Positions 17,542-27,735 of a stretch of 57,002 nt of DNA are shown here, piece after piece. The notes beneath the pieces are model-generated. The model saw only the letters and a list, made by a program, of their open reading frames with translations. It searched no databases and was not told the origin of the DNA. The stretch spans positions 1 to 57,002 of IMG/VR virus record IMGVR_UViG_3300027759_000109; one strand, given 5' to 3'. The stretch's first letter is position 1; every line of letters starts with the position of its first letter. The stretch comes from a virus (Duplodnaviria; Caudoviricetes). Made by a program: the position numbers and the translations under genes.

Positions 17542-20500
17542 TTATGTTGATGGGTTCATTGTTATATCACCAATATAAAATTCTGATAATCCTTTATATC
17601 TAAAATAATTTGAAACATTCCATGAAGTACCTCCATTTGTTGAATATAATACTGTATAAATAAAATTATTAGGGAAAGAAGGTGCTACCTTTCTTTTTAT
17701 TGCCACATTAATTTTACTACCAGAACCATTTGTTGCTACCACATCAAATCTATCGGTAAAACTATAATTTGTAGAACCGCTTAATATTAAATTAAATGAA
17801 TCAGCATAATCACTTGATTTATATAATTTACTTTCAGCCATCAAATACCAAAATTGACCAGTTTCATTGATTGCCATTTTGAAAAAGTATAAAGAATATA
17901 AATCTTTTATATTTTCTAAAGCCCATGTTGTTCCATAATTAGATGAAACATATAAATAAGAATAATTTAATAATAATCCAATATATTGACCATCACTTGA
18001 AATTGAAAATTCATTTATAATTGAAGTACCTGTCATAGATGGAAAGGTCGTTAAGGTTGTCCAAGTTGAACCTGAATTTGTTGATTTTATAACTTTTGAA
18101 CTTCCCGCTAAATATATTGTACTACCATCTAATGTTAAATTTCCTTTAACATAAGGGTCACTAATACTTGTACCCGTTAAATTATTATAATTAGAACCAT
18201 AATCAGATGAAAATATAAAATTAGTTGAATCATAAGTAATTAATCTATATTGTCCATTTCTTGACATTGATGTTGTGGCAAAATCGGCAGAACTCATACC
18301 ATAAGAACCAACCTGTGTAAATGTTGCTCCACTATCACTTGATTGATATATTCTATCATTAGTACTGGTTGCTGTATTATTAGTAGTTACGATTATGTAT
18401 TTACCTGATGAATCTAATGATAATATATATGGTTCCGTAGTTCCAGTAAATCCATATATATCACTAAAATCTAAACCATTATTAGTGGATTTCATTATAC
18501 TTTGACCTTCTTGTGGTGTATTTGATAATAAAATTATTTCACCTCCAACTAATGGTGTAGGAGTAGGAGTAGGAGTTGGTGTTGATGTTGGTGTTTGAGT
18601 CGGAGTAGGAGTTGGACTTGAAGTAGGCGTTGGAGTTGGAGTAGGTGTAGGAGTTGGAACCAAACATTGACCGTAGTTAATGGATGAGCCAGTCAACACA
18701 CCCCATGTTGATACTGTACTATAAAATTCTGAACAGTTATTAAATAAGTTTGTACCTTGTCTTGTTGAACCACTATTCATCCAAAAGGTTGGCATGTTAT
18801 ATTGGAAAGGTCCGTACTGTTCATTATATATATAATTGTGTAATGTATCATTACTCCAATCTGATCCTGTTGAGTTGTAAGTATCCTCATCAACCTCATA
18901 CATACTATAAGGACAATAGACTTCCTGAGAGAAGTTTATTACAAACTTGAATGAAGATGTAAAACCACTTGTTTGACCCGTTAAAGACCCCACAGAGTGA
19001 TCGTAATATACTGACCAACCATAATTAGTGTCCAGTATATTTGGGTTCGTAAAATCGGTCTTAAATTTGAATGTACAGTTATTTAAACCATCACAATAAT
19101 CATACATGAAGTATCTTGTTGGATATTGATTAACATCCCCATTAAATTGAATTAATTCAACCTTGGTTAATTCTCTATTAGTTAAATTAAATTCAGATAT
19201 TTTGGATACAACAAAATATTGTTCATTAATCTTAATTGCGTCTTCAGGTTTTAGATATTTTACATCAGCATAACTTAAATCAAAGTTACCTGTCAATACC
19301 CTTGTATTAGGGTTATATAAATTAGTAATTCTATTTTGATAGAATGTTGAATATGCGTCGTTTTCTGTATATGTGTTGAATGTTTCTACACCAATTGTAT
19401 CCGTTGGAAACTCTGAATTAAATAAAAGACATAAACTATCGTTATTAATCTTGTTTTGGTCCGCAAGTCCCATAGGCATTGTATGACTAATCACAGGAAT
19501 ACGGTCAAATTGTGTATATGTTGAACCTGATGTATTAGAAACATATGTATTATATGTCTTATAAAAGTTAGTTGCGTCATAGTTTTCACCCACAATGTCT
19601 AAGAATGGATTGAAACAACCCAACCAAAACATCAATTTAGGTTTAGTTTTAACACCTTTATATACCCAACTTACCTTTGAAGTTGTCTGATCTGTCTGTT
19701 CACTACTTGAACCAACGTAATTTATACCTAATGGTAGACTAATATTACCATTATTTGTGGTACCAGAGGTATCCCATTTACGAATTATCTCAGGTCCAAA
19801 TATTGTTTCAATCTTTTTTACATTAGATTTAAATGATGTTGGACCATAAAAATTATTAATACCATATATACGATTGGTATTACCTTTAAATTCTTTATTA
19901 CCTTCATCATTATCTTCAGCGTCTGTAAATGTTATTTGACTTTCAATAAAGTTTAACGCTGGCTCAACGGTAAATCCTTTGTCAAAACTAATCTTATCAG
20001 ACCAGTTATGAACTGTACCACTACCTATGAAAAAATCATATGGTTCAATACGAATCACAGATGGTTCATAAGGGTCAGGAACAAGGACTAAATTGAACTT
20101 CTTGGCCACAGATGATAGTATGTCTATCTGTTTAATATTTTCGTCTATAACAAAATTAAAATCAACAAAATCACCATCCACAAAATTAACACTACTACCA
20201 ACAGCCACAGGAAGATACAATAATGGACCACTTGAAGTTGCTGTACTTAAAGATTCACCAGTAAGAAATGTTGAACCCAAATCAAATGTTAAACCTGATG
20301 TACCATATGGAATTGTTGAATCAAATGTATAGTTTAGATAATTCATTCTGATATTAATATCATTTGAACAAAAACAAGGGATACCTGTCCCAAGTTTACA
20401 AACAATTGCATATTGTTTTTCATTTAAATCTAAAAAGAAAACATCCACACCTTCTAAAGGTAATGTTTGAATTGAATTTACTTTAAATGAGAACTTAGTT

Positions 20501-21369
20501 GCTTCAGAACTAAAATAACCATACATGTATAAACTCTTCATCCATGGTGTATTGAAAAAGTCTGAGGATATTTGATACCCATGAGTTTTAAATATCAATT
20601 GTAATAATCCCCAAACACTTAATGCTGGTTTTAATTGATTATCATAAGGTCCTTGTGTTGGACTATTAATTCTAAATTGTTGAACACCTGCCGCATATGC
20701 TGCTGCCAAAGAGGCATAAGAATTAAGGGGAGCTGTTGAAGTATATAATCTCGTTCTTTCAAGTATTGTTCCACCTGAAAAGTTAACAGTATCACCCGTA
20801 TATAGATACCCATTATGAACAATTGGATAGAAATATAGATATGGTTTTTCACTATTGTTTGCGAAGTTTGTGTAGTTGAACGCCTCTGTAACATTATTTA
20901 AACTAAATTCATGGTTAAATTCAAAATCAGAATCAGAAAAATCTAAATCTTTTAATAAATTATTACCAATGGTACCGTATAAATCTGCCACAGTTGAAAA
21001 TAAAGTAACATCATATTCCACTTTTGAATTAAGAACATTGATTTTATTTAATTTCATGTACCCTGTAAAGTATGGTTCATCATTTATCAATATCCAACAT
21101 GGTACACGCTTAGTTGCGTTAAAATAATATCCAACAGTATCTACGTTAAAATAACTTTCAAAGAATGTGTTATTTGTTTTTGATGCTGGTAATAAAACTC
21201 CTACAGAAAAATCTGAATTTCTTTTTCCTATATCTCCTAACTCTGCAAAAGATTTATTAATTGATAATGGTATACTACTATAAATGTCCAAGGTTAATTG
21301 CTCAGTTTGACCTGATATTGAACCTGGAATATTTGTCTGTACTCTTAATGTTGTTTGTTGTTGTGACAT
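17542..21369 (-). CDS. Tail hub/central fibre with C-terminal BNR (Asp-box) propeller
   Basis: 1275 aa; N-terminal ~900 aa homologous to 50755..53904; PT linker; SxDxGxTW repeats. Confidence 0.7.
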   Translation of the reverse strand: MSQQQTTLRVQTNIPGSISGQTEQLTLDIYSSIPLSINKSFAELGDIGKRNSDFSVGVLLPASKTNNTFFESYFNVDTVGYYFNATKRVPCWILINDEPYFTGYMKLNKINVLNSKVEYDVTLFSTVADLYGTIGNNLLKDLDFSDSDFEFNHEFSLNNVTEAFNYTNFANNSEKPYLYFYPIVHNGYLYTGDTVNFSGGTILERTRLYTSTAPLNSYASLAAAYAAGVQQFRINSPTQGPYDNQLKPALSVWGLLQLIFKTHGYQISSDFFNTPWMKSLYMYGYFSSEATKFSFKVNSIQTLPLEGVDVFFLDLNEKQYAIVCKLGTGIPCFCSNDINIRMNYLNYTFDSTIPYGTSGLTFDLGSTFLTGESLSTATSSGPLLYLPVAVGSSVNFVDGDFVDFNFVIDENIKQIDILSSVAKKFNLVLVPDPYEPSVIRIEPYDFFIGSGTVHNWSDKISFDKGFTVEPALNFIESQITFTDAEDNDEGNKEFKGNTNRIYGINNFYGPTSFKSNVKKIETIFGPEIIRKWDTSGTTNNGNISLPLGINYVGSSSEQTDQTTSKVSWVYKGVKTKPKLMFWLGCFNPFLDIVGENYDATNFYKTYNTYVSNTSGSTYTQFDRIPVISHTMPMGLADQNKINNDSLCLLFNSEFPTDTIGVETFNTYTENDAYSTFYQNRITNLYNPNTRVLTGNFDLSYADVKYLKPEDAIKINEQYFVVSKISEFNLTNRELTKVELIQFNGDVNQYPTRYFMYDYCDGLNNCTFKFKTDFTNPNILDTNYGWSVYYDHSVGSLTGQTSGFTSSFKFVINFSQEVYCPYSMYEVDEDTYNSTGSDWSNDTLHNYIYNEQYGPFQYNMPTFWMNSGSTRQGTNLFNNCSEFYSTVSTWGVLTGSSINYGQCLVPTPTPTPTPTPTSSPTPTPTQTPTSTPTPTPTPTPLVGGEIILLSNTPQEGQSIMKSTNNGLDFSDIYGFTGTTEPYILSLDSSGKYIIVTTNNTATSTNDRIYQSSDSGATFTQVGSYGMSSADFATTSMSRNGQYRLITYDSTNFIFSSDYGSNYNNLTGTSISDPYVKGNLTLDGSTIYLAGSSKVIKSTNSGSTWTTLTTFPSMTGTSIINEFSISSDGQYIGLLLNYSYLYVSSNYGTTWALENIKDLYSLYFFKMAINETGQFWYLMAESKLYKSSDYADSFNLILSGSTNYSFTDRFDVVATNGSGSKINVAIKRKVAPSFPNNFIYTVLYSTNGGTSWNVSNYFRYKGLSEFYIGDITMNPST

Positions 21370-21370
21370 A

Positions 21371-22951
21371 TTAGAAACCTCTATTTACGAAAGTTGTCTG
21401 TGCTGACTTTAATGTTATTCTATATTTGTTCAACTTTTTATGTTTTTTAGTAATATGATCAACCTCTGTTGATATTACTTGTACTGGTGTTAAATCTTTA
21501 TATATTTTATCTTGTCTATCCATCGGTGATACGAAGTCACTCTTCATGATATAAACTTGAGGAGATGTAAATAAACCTTCAATCCAATGTGCTTTAGGTA
21601 AGTTAAGATATTCACTTTCAAGAACAATCTCATTACTTACGTCTGACGCAAATGTCTTTAAAGAACGACCTACATTTCTATCAGGTGATTGTAAATCCGT
21701 TGCGTAGTATCTACTATCATATGTTTGTGCCGCTATTTTACTTGTTTCTTGTCTAAAAGATGTGAATGTGTAATAATCATATCCACCTCTTTGATTCAAC
21801 CATACCAATCTTGTGTTTTCTGGTTGACAGTTATTGTATAGATAAAAATAAAATATTTCAGATACTGGTCCTAATGGTCCAAGAATTTGTCTATTTGCTT
21901 GGTTAGTTGGCCATGCATAACATAATTGTACCTTATAATATGCCACTTGTGACCAGTCTACTGTTGCGAACAAATTGTTTATATCTTTTGGACCACATGG
22001 TAATGAGAATATTTCAAGTGTGTTTTCAAAGTCTGTAGGTGATTCATATGTTGTACCACTGAAATTTAATTCTTGGTTAAAATAATCTACTTGATTATTG
22101 TTCTCATCATAAAATTCAAATACAGCATAGTCTGCTTCAATTACTTGTCTATCACCTGTTTGTCCATTTAAATAAAATAATACATAATTTTCTTCTTCTT
22201 GTATATATTGAATCCTTGGTGCCTCAGTTAAAAACCTTGAGGTCTCTGATTGTTCAGGAACCGTTGGATAGTCCATTAAGAACTGAGACATTGGTGACAA
22301 TCTTCTATAAACATCAAGTGTGTTAATAGTTGTACCAGTTCCAATTATAGTACCTATTTCTTGATCAAAGTTTGGTAGGAAATACTTCTCATCCATTTGG
22401 AATATACCTCCCACATAATTAAAGTATGCCCCCGTATTTGTGAAACCAGATGGAACAAATGATGTATCAGAGTTACATGCTGGAATATCTGTAAAGTGAT
22501 TTAATGGATTATTTGGTGAGGTAACATATTCATTAACTGTTGTATTACCTGAAATAAATGTATAACCAAACTTATATGCTGCTTTAACAGAATTTGGATA
22601 TGGATTATTAAGGTTAATTTGAGTTGTTGTATTATACCAATTGTTTAACCAATAGTATTGGTAATGTTCTGACTCAACGTAATTTGACATGTAGTCATAT
22701 GGTCTTACATTGAAATTATAATAATATGTTGAACCTGATTGTGATACCTGATATGGAATAACAGACATACGACCAACGACATCATTATCTTGATACAAAT
22801 CAACATTTAATTTCATAGATGACACATAGGTATCACCAGTTAAAACAACTTCATATGTTCCACCTCTTTGGTAAACCATATCAGTACTTCTACGAAGTTG
22901 TGTATTATTATTTAAACCGTTACTATATAACGATGGATAACCAAATGTCAT
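21371..22951 (-). CDS. Putative distal tail/baseplate protein
   Basis: WLNQRGGYDYYTF and LFTSPQVY motifs; homologue at 53908..55500. Confidence 0.6.
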   Translation of the reverse strand: MTFGYPSLYSNGLNNNTQLRRSTDMVYQRGGTYEVVLTGDTYVSSMKLNVDLYQDNDVVGRMSVIPYQVSQSGSTYYYNFNVRPYDYMSNYVESEHYQYYWLNNWYNTTTQINLNNPYPNSVKAAYKFGYTFISGNTTVNEYVTSPNNPLNHFTDIPACNSDTSFVPSGFTNTGAYFNYVGGIFQMDEKYFLPNFDQEIGTIIGTGTTINTLDVYRRLSPMSQFLMDYPTVPEQSETSRFLTEAPRIQYIQEEENYVLFYLNGQTGDRQVIEADYAVFEFYDENNNQVDYFNQELNFSGTTYESPTDFENTLEIFSLPCGPKDINNLFATVDWSQVAYYKVQLCYAWPTNQANRQILGPLGPVSEIFYFYLYNNCQPENTRLVWLNQRGGYDYYTFTSFRQETSKIAAQTYDSRYYATDLQSPDRNVGRSLKTFASDVSNEIVLESEYLNLPKAHWIEGLFTSPQVYIMKSDFVSPMDRQDKIYKDLTPVQVISTEVDHITKKHKKLNKYRITLKSAQTTFVNRGF

Positions 22952-23475
22952 ATTCCTTCAATTAATTTTACTAAATCATTCATGGTTGCGTCAGCAATCA
23001 ATTCTGTTATTCTTGGGTCTTTATAAATCTTTTCTACTGATATTTCCCAAAAGTTCTTAGGTTGGTTATAATAACCGAACGCTTTCATACTACGTCTAAT
23101 CACATATGCCACACTCTTAACATTCTTTTCATTCTTTGGGAGATACCTACCCGTTTTCATATCTCTAATTTTAAAACTTTTTTTGTTCATAATCCACTCC
23201 TCAATCACACCCTTTGCCACATTACCAGGTCCTCTATCATTTGCCAACCAATATGCGTATGTGTTAATTAATGGTTTACCACCAGGTCCTGACAATTGAA
23301 TAACTTGTATCCCTTGCTTATTAGGACCTGTCTTTGCTTTAATACTGTTTCTTAAATTACCTGTGGCCACTCTATTAGTTGTACCTTTTTGATAACGTCC
23401 GTATATGTATACCTTATCAGATAAACTTTCCTTGACAATCTCCTCAATAATAGGTGCTAATAAATTTAAGTCCAT
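22948..23475 (-). CDS. Putative tail completion/neck protein
   Basis: Basic protein with ATGNLRNSI motif; homologue at 55497..55982. Confidence 0.55.
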   Translation of the reverse strand: MDLNLLAPIIEEIVKESLSDKVYIYGRYQKGTTNRVATGNLRNSIKAKTGPNKQGIQVIQLSGPGGKPLINTYAYWLANDRGPGNVAKGVIEEWIMNKKSFKIRDMKTGRYLPKNEKNVKSVAYVIRRSMKAFGYYNQPKNFWEISVEKIYKDPRITELIADATMNDLVKLIEGI

Positions 23476-23476
23476 A

Positions 23477-26359
23477 TTATGATGGGTTTATAATTAAGTA
23501 TGCTACCGTATCTGCGTCTCCATTATGGTCTGATGTTATACTAAATGTTCCACCACCTTTTGATGTTACACTTACAGTTCCATTTCCACTATTAGTATTT
23601 GTTTGTTTGGTTAAGAATATTAAACTTGTTGCTGAAACCAAACTATTTGATACTGTTGCCGTACCAGGGTTTCCACCATTAAGAACAAATGTTCCCATTG
23701 TTTTATCTGAACCTGATGCGAATAACACATTACCTGTTACAGCAAATGAACCTGATATAGTTAAAGGTGCACTACCACTCTTAAACATAATTGGTTGACT
23801 AGTACTTGGTAACTGTACATTGAAATAATCTTGTGCTTCATCAATACCTTGTAAAGAACCTAATATTAAGTTATTAGAACCTGTTGTGAAACTTGATGCC
23901 TTTGCGAGAATTACGTTATTAGAACCTGACCTAATACTGATATTACCAACACCTAACATCAAGTTGTTTGAACCTGTTCTAAAGTTGTTAAAGTTACCAC
24001 CCATTGTATAGTTGTCAGTTGATCCTGACGTGATACCAAATTGTGTATCTGTCTGGTCCATATTAGATTGACCTAAGAAGAAACCTATTTTTCTTGCTGG
24101 GTTAAAGAATAACTGTGGTTGGTTTGTACCATCCGCAATTCTAATCGAACCTGATTCATTATACATTCTCATTGAACCTGAGTGAATAACAAATGTTCTA
24201 TCTGATGTATTTACGTTTGAACTACTTACTATTGATGTTCCTATTGTTGTTAATGAACCAGATATTATTGTGTTTGAACCACTATCAATTGATAAACCTG
24301 TTCTTCTTGTTGATGTTGCGGTACCCGTTCCTACTGCGAAAACTATATCTTGTGATAATGATAATGAACCTGTATCATTAAATCTACCAAAGAATGCTGA
24401 ACCACCTGCGGTTGTTGATGTATTTGATGCGGACACTGATAAGTTACTACCAAATATTACGGTTGAAGTTAAGTTTGAATTTGATGATGAAACAAATGAT
24501 GATGATATAATATTATTATTACCACCAATTAAGTTATTGTTAAATGATCTTGCTACGTTTGATGATTGTGAACCTGATACATATATGTTATGACCTGTTC
24601 CAACTGCTCCACCCAAAAATGTATTATTATTAAGAGTAACGTTGTTATTAGTAATATTTGAACTACTTACGTGGTTATTAACTGTAATAGGTGAGTTATT
24701 AAAGTTACTTGAATAGTTGATTGAACTACTGATATGATTTAATGTAACACTAGTACCATTAATTAAATTTGTTGATATTGATGGTCTTGTGTTTGTTACA
24801 AAGTTTTGTGTTGATGTAATACTACCACCATTCAATAAGTTTGCTGCCATAGCTTGAATAGAACCACTATTACTATTAATTGTAATGTTTCCTGCGTTTA
24901 ATGTATTATTTTGAAAAATTGGATGACCACCCGATAAAGACGATGTGGTAAAGTTCATTAATATATTTGCGTTAGCACCTACATAGTTGTTTGTTGTTTT
25001 AGGGAATAATAATGAACCTGTGTTTAAATAAATTCCACCACCATTAGATGTTAATGTATTATCTGAACCTGAAATATAACCTTGTTGGTCTACACCACCA
25101 CCATTACCTGTGGCTCTTAATTGTGGTAATGATACTATGTTATTTGAACCTGTGATTCTTAATGAACCTGTATAGTTTGCTTGTGTTGCACCAGGTCCAC
25201 TTGCTGCTGGATTTTCACTCCAACCTTTAATTATATTAACTTGTCCCGCTTGTGAACTTGTTAAATATAATGATGGTTGAACTGTTGTGTTAAGTGATAA
25301 ATTTAATAAATTACCATCAGCGTATAAAGAACCTGTAACACCAACGTTATTAGTTGTGTTCCATACTGAACCTGTTAGTGCAAATAAACTATCTCCACTT
25401 GTACCTGATGTACCTGCGGTTCCACTTGTTCCTGAAGTTCCTGAACTACCACTATCTCCTGAAGTTCCACTTGTTCCCGATGAACCAGCAACACCTGATG
25501 TACCACTACTGCCACTACTTCCTGATGTACCTGAACTTCCACTTGTACCTGATGTACCGCTCGTACCTGAACTACCACTACTTCCTGAATCACCACTTGT
25601 TCCTGAAGTACCAGACGTTCCATTTGTACCTCCACTAAACGCAACACCATTAACAAGATATTGTCCTGTTATATCTATTGAACCTGTTACGCTCATTGAA
25701 CCTGAAACATTTATATCATTCTCTGCTACAATATCAATACGTTTAACTGAACCGTAATTATCAACCTTAACATATGTTACATCATTACCCAAGAATATTT
25801 GACCACCACTTGCGGTGATGTGTGTATCAGTTGGTGATGTATTATATACTTCCAAATATCTTGCGTCAGATTGATTTGGTTGTAAGAATAAACTTCCTGT
25901 ACCTTGTATATTAGTTACACCTAATGAACCTGTTACATTTAATTTACCAGTCCATCCATTATGACCAACATTCACATTACCCTCACCACCATCAGCGTTA
26001 ATATATAATGTTCCACCATTTAATGATGAGAAGTACAACGCACCTGATACATTGTCGGTTGATACAAATGAATTACTTGGGAAAGATAAATTCCCTTCAA
26101 TTATTTGGCTACCAATAAAAGTGTTTGAACCTGTGGTTGCGAAAGAACCAGTATCAACCGCACTTCCTGTAATTGGTGAACCATTAACAGTGAATGAACC
26201 TGAGATGTTTACCTCAGTTAAACTCATCTGTAAAGGTGAATTATCACCGTCACCTGTTTGTACGGTTTGTAGTGTGTTAGTTAAACCATTAGTACTATCG
26301 GTCATTTTTAAAAGACCTTGAAATGAACTACTAACGTAAAGATTATTTAATTGACCCAT
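23477..26359 (-). CDS. Fibre protein with Gly-X-Y (GTS/GSS) repeat
   Basis: 960 aa, S/G/N/T-rich, many (T/S)GS repeats, collagen-like tract. Confidence 0.7.
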   Translation of the reverse strand: MGQLNNLYVSSSFQGLLKMTDSTNGLTNTLQTVQTGDGDNSPLQMSLTEVNISGSFTVNGSPITGSAVDTGSFATTGSNTFIGSQIIEGNLSFPSNSFVSTDNVSGALYFSSLNGGTLYINADGGEGNVNVGHNGWTGKLNVTGSLGVTNIQGTGSLFLQPNQSDARYLEVYNTSPTDTHITASGGQIFLGNDVTYVKVDNYGSVKRIDIVAENDINVSGSMSVTGSIDITGQYLVNGVAFSGGTNGTSGTSGTSGDSGSSGSSGTSGTSGTSGSSGTSGSSGSSGTSGVAGSSGTSGTSGDSGSSGTSGTSGTAGTSGTSGDSLFALTGSVWNTTNNVGVTGSLYADGNLLNLSLNTTVQPSLYLTSSQAGQVNIIKGWSENPAASGPGATQANYTGSLRITGSNNIVSLPQLRATGNGGGVDQQGYISGSDNTLTSNGGGIYLNTGSLLFPKTTNNYVGANANILMNFTTSSLSGGHPIFQNNTLNAGNITINSNSGSIQAMAANLLNGGSITSTQNFVTNTRPSISTNLINGTSVTLNHISSSINYSSNFNNSPITVNNHVSSSNITNNNVTLNNNTFLGGAVGTGHNIYVSGSQSSNVARSFNNNLIGGNNNIISSSFVSSSNSNLTSTVIFGSNLSVSASNTSTTAGGSAFFGRFNDTGSLSLSQDIVFAVGTGTATSTRRTGLSIDSGSNTIISGSLTTIGTSIVSSSNVNTSDRTFVIHSGSMRMYNESGSIRIADGTNQPQLFFNPARKIGFFLGQSNMDQTDTQFGITSGSTDNYTMGGNFNNFRTGSNNLMLGVGNISIRSGSNNVILAKASSFTTGSNNLILGSLQGIDEAQDYFNVQLPSTSQPIMFKSGSAPLTISGSFAVTGNVLFASGSDKTMGTFVLNGGNPGTATVSNSLVSATSLIFLTKQTNTNSGNGTVSVTSKGGGTFSITSDHNGDADTVAYLIINPS
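25388..25632 (-). repeat. Collagen-like G-(T/S)-S tandem repeat
   Basis: About 27 consecutive Gly-X-Y triplets (9-bp period). Confidence 0.8.
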
Positions 26360-26376
26360 TTTATATTAATATTTTT

Positions 26377-27381
26377 TTAAACATTATCCCATTGTTCTTT
26401 TATTTTTCTCCATAACTCATTAACCTCTTCCCATGTTAAGTTAGGACTAAAGTTGGTTGTTGGAAGAACACATCTATTATAATCAAATTTTTGTTGAACG
26501 GAAATATTAAACGACCATCCAGCAAGAGTAGATTCTGTCTCCTCCAACCATGGGTTTAATACTGCGTCCCACTCAACATCGTAATCTGATAAGTACGCTT
26601 TAGAATAGAAATCCTTACATATCTCAAGACAATCTGATAAGACCTCAATTTGATTTGATTGGTCTTCCTCTATTTTATCACAAACAATAACATTCCATGT
26701 TATGTGATAATGATTCTCATTTAATTTTGTTGTATCAGGTATAAAATATATACGAGGATATTCAGGTTCCTTCTTTGTTATTATATCGTTTGTTAATTGA
26801 CTACCATCACCGAAACCATAACTTCTTAATTGTTTATGGTTCTCAGCGAATTGTTGCCAATCATCTAATATTTGTATGTAAGATGAAAAAGATTCATCTT
26901 GTGGGAAACTAAAAGCTTCCATTGGTAAATTACAAGAGTTGTAATCAAATGGTACGGACAATCTCATGTTTAATGTCCATCCTGCAAGTATTGTTTCAAA
27001 TCTTTCTGTAAACGGATGTATATCCGGTGCGTAATCACCCACAACAATCTTACTAAAATCACCTTGTTCAGATGTATATGACTGCCAGAATATGGTCCAT
27101 ATATCAGTACATATTTCCAAAGTATCACTCATCACTTCCTTAAGGTTGGATAAATCTTCTTCTACCTTGTCCATTATTATAATTGAAAAACTATAATGGA
27201 TATTGTTTTGTTTTAACTCAACATTCTCAGGTATAACATACATTCTTGTATATTTTGGTTCCTGTTTGGTAATGACATCGTTGGTTAATTGTTCAAAATC
27301 ACCCACACCAAATGAATTTATTTGTTCATGATGGTAGGCTATCTGACCAAAATACGATACTAGTTGTTTATAATTTAACAT
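26377..27381 (-). CDS. Putative tail terminator with internally duplicated domain
   Basis: Two homologous halves (H.Q..SFG.GD..QLTND.ITK.EP.Y.R.Y.IP ... AGW ... FDYN.C.LP). Confidence 0.55.
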   Translation of the reverse strand: MLNYKQLVSYFGQIAYHHEQINSFGVGDFEQLTNDVITKQEPKYTRMYVIPENVELKQNNIHYSFSIIIMDKVEEDLSNLKEVMSDTLEICTDIWTIFWQSYTSEQGDFSKIVVGDYAPDIHPFTERFETILAGWTLNMRLSVPFDYNSCNLPMEAFSFPQDESFSSYIQILDDWQQFAENHKQLRSYGFGDGSQLTNDIITKKEPEYPRIYFIPDTTKLNENHYHITWNVIVCDKIEEDQSNQIEVLSDCLEICKDFYSKAYLSDYDVEWDAVLNPWLEETESTLAGWSFNISVQQKFDYNRCVLPTTNFSPNLTWEEVNELWRKIKEQWDNV

Positions 27382-27427
27382 ATTCTCTTAATATTAAATA
27401 TAAAAAGACCAACAATAACCGCTGAAA

Positions 27428-27735
27428 TTATGCGAGATATCCGTTGGCCTTCTTTTGTTGTTTTATTTGTTCTTCGTCCAAACCTATTAAGTAGGTCAAT
27501 TGATTTAACGCTTCAATAATTTTTTTGTCAAGGATTTTATCGTGTTCATTGATTTTGTTATCTGATAATCTATTAAGGACGACGTACCATCCGAATCTTT
27601 TTTCGAAAGTAATTTCCATACTAGACTCCAATTCTTTACTATCCATTTCGTCATCTCCCATTCTCTCCTGATCTTCTGTGTCAAAGATAGACGGGTATAA
27701 TTGGATAACCTCTTTCCGAAGTTGGTAAAAAAAAA
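27428..27735 (-). CDS. -1 frameshift extension of tail assembly chaperone
   Basis: -1 frame open from T9 (27727-27735): FFYQLRKEVIQLYPSIFD...FEKRFGWY, stop at 27428. Confidence 0.6.

Noticed and set aside
25287-25757. Pro/Val-rich + strand ORFs and other antisense ORFs in the track (e.g. 3000..3458, 4659..5012, 55961..56371)
   Set aside because: Shadows of repetitive or biased minus-strand genes with no independent signals
14922-26359. Diversity-generating retroelement or invertase shufflon for tail variation
   Set aside because: No reverse transcriptase, no adenine-specific TR/VR pair, no recombinase and no inverted cassettes seen
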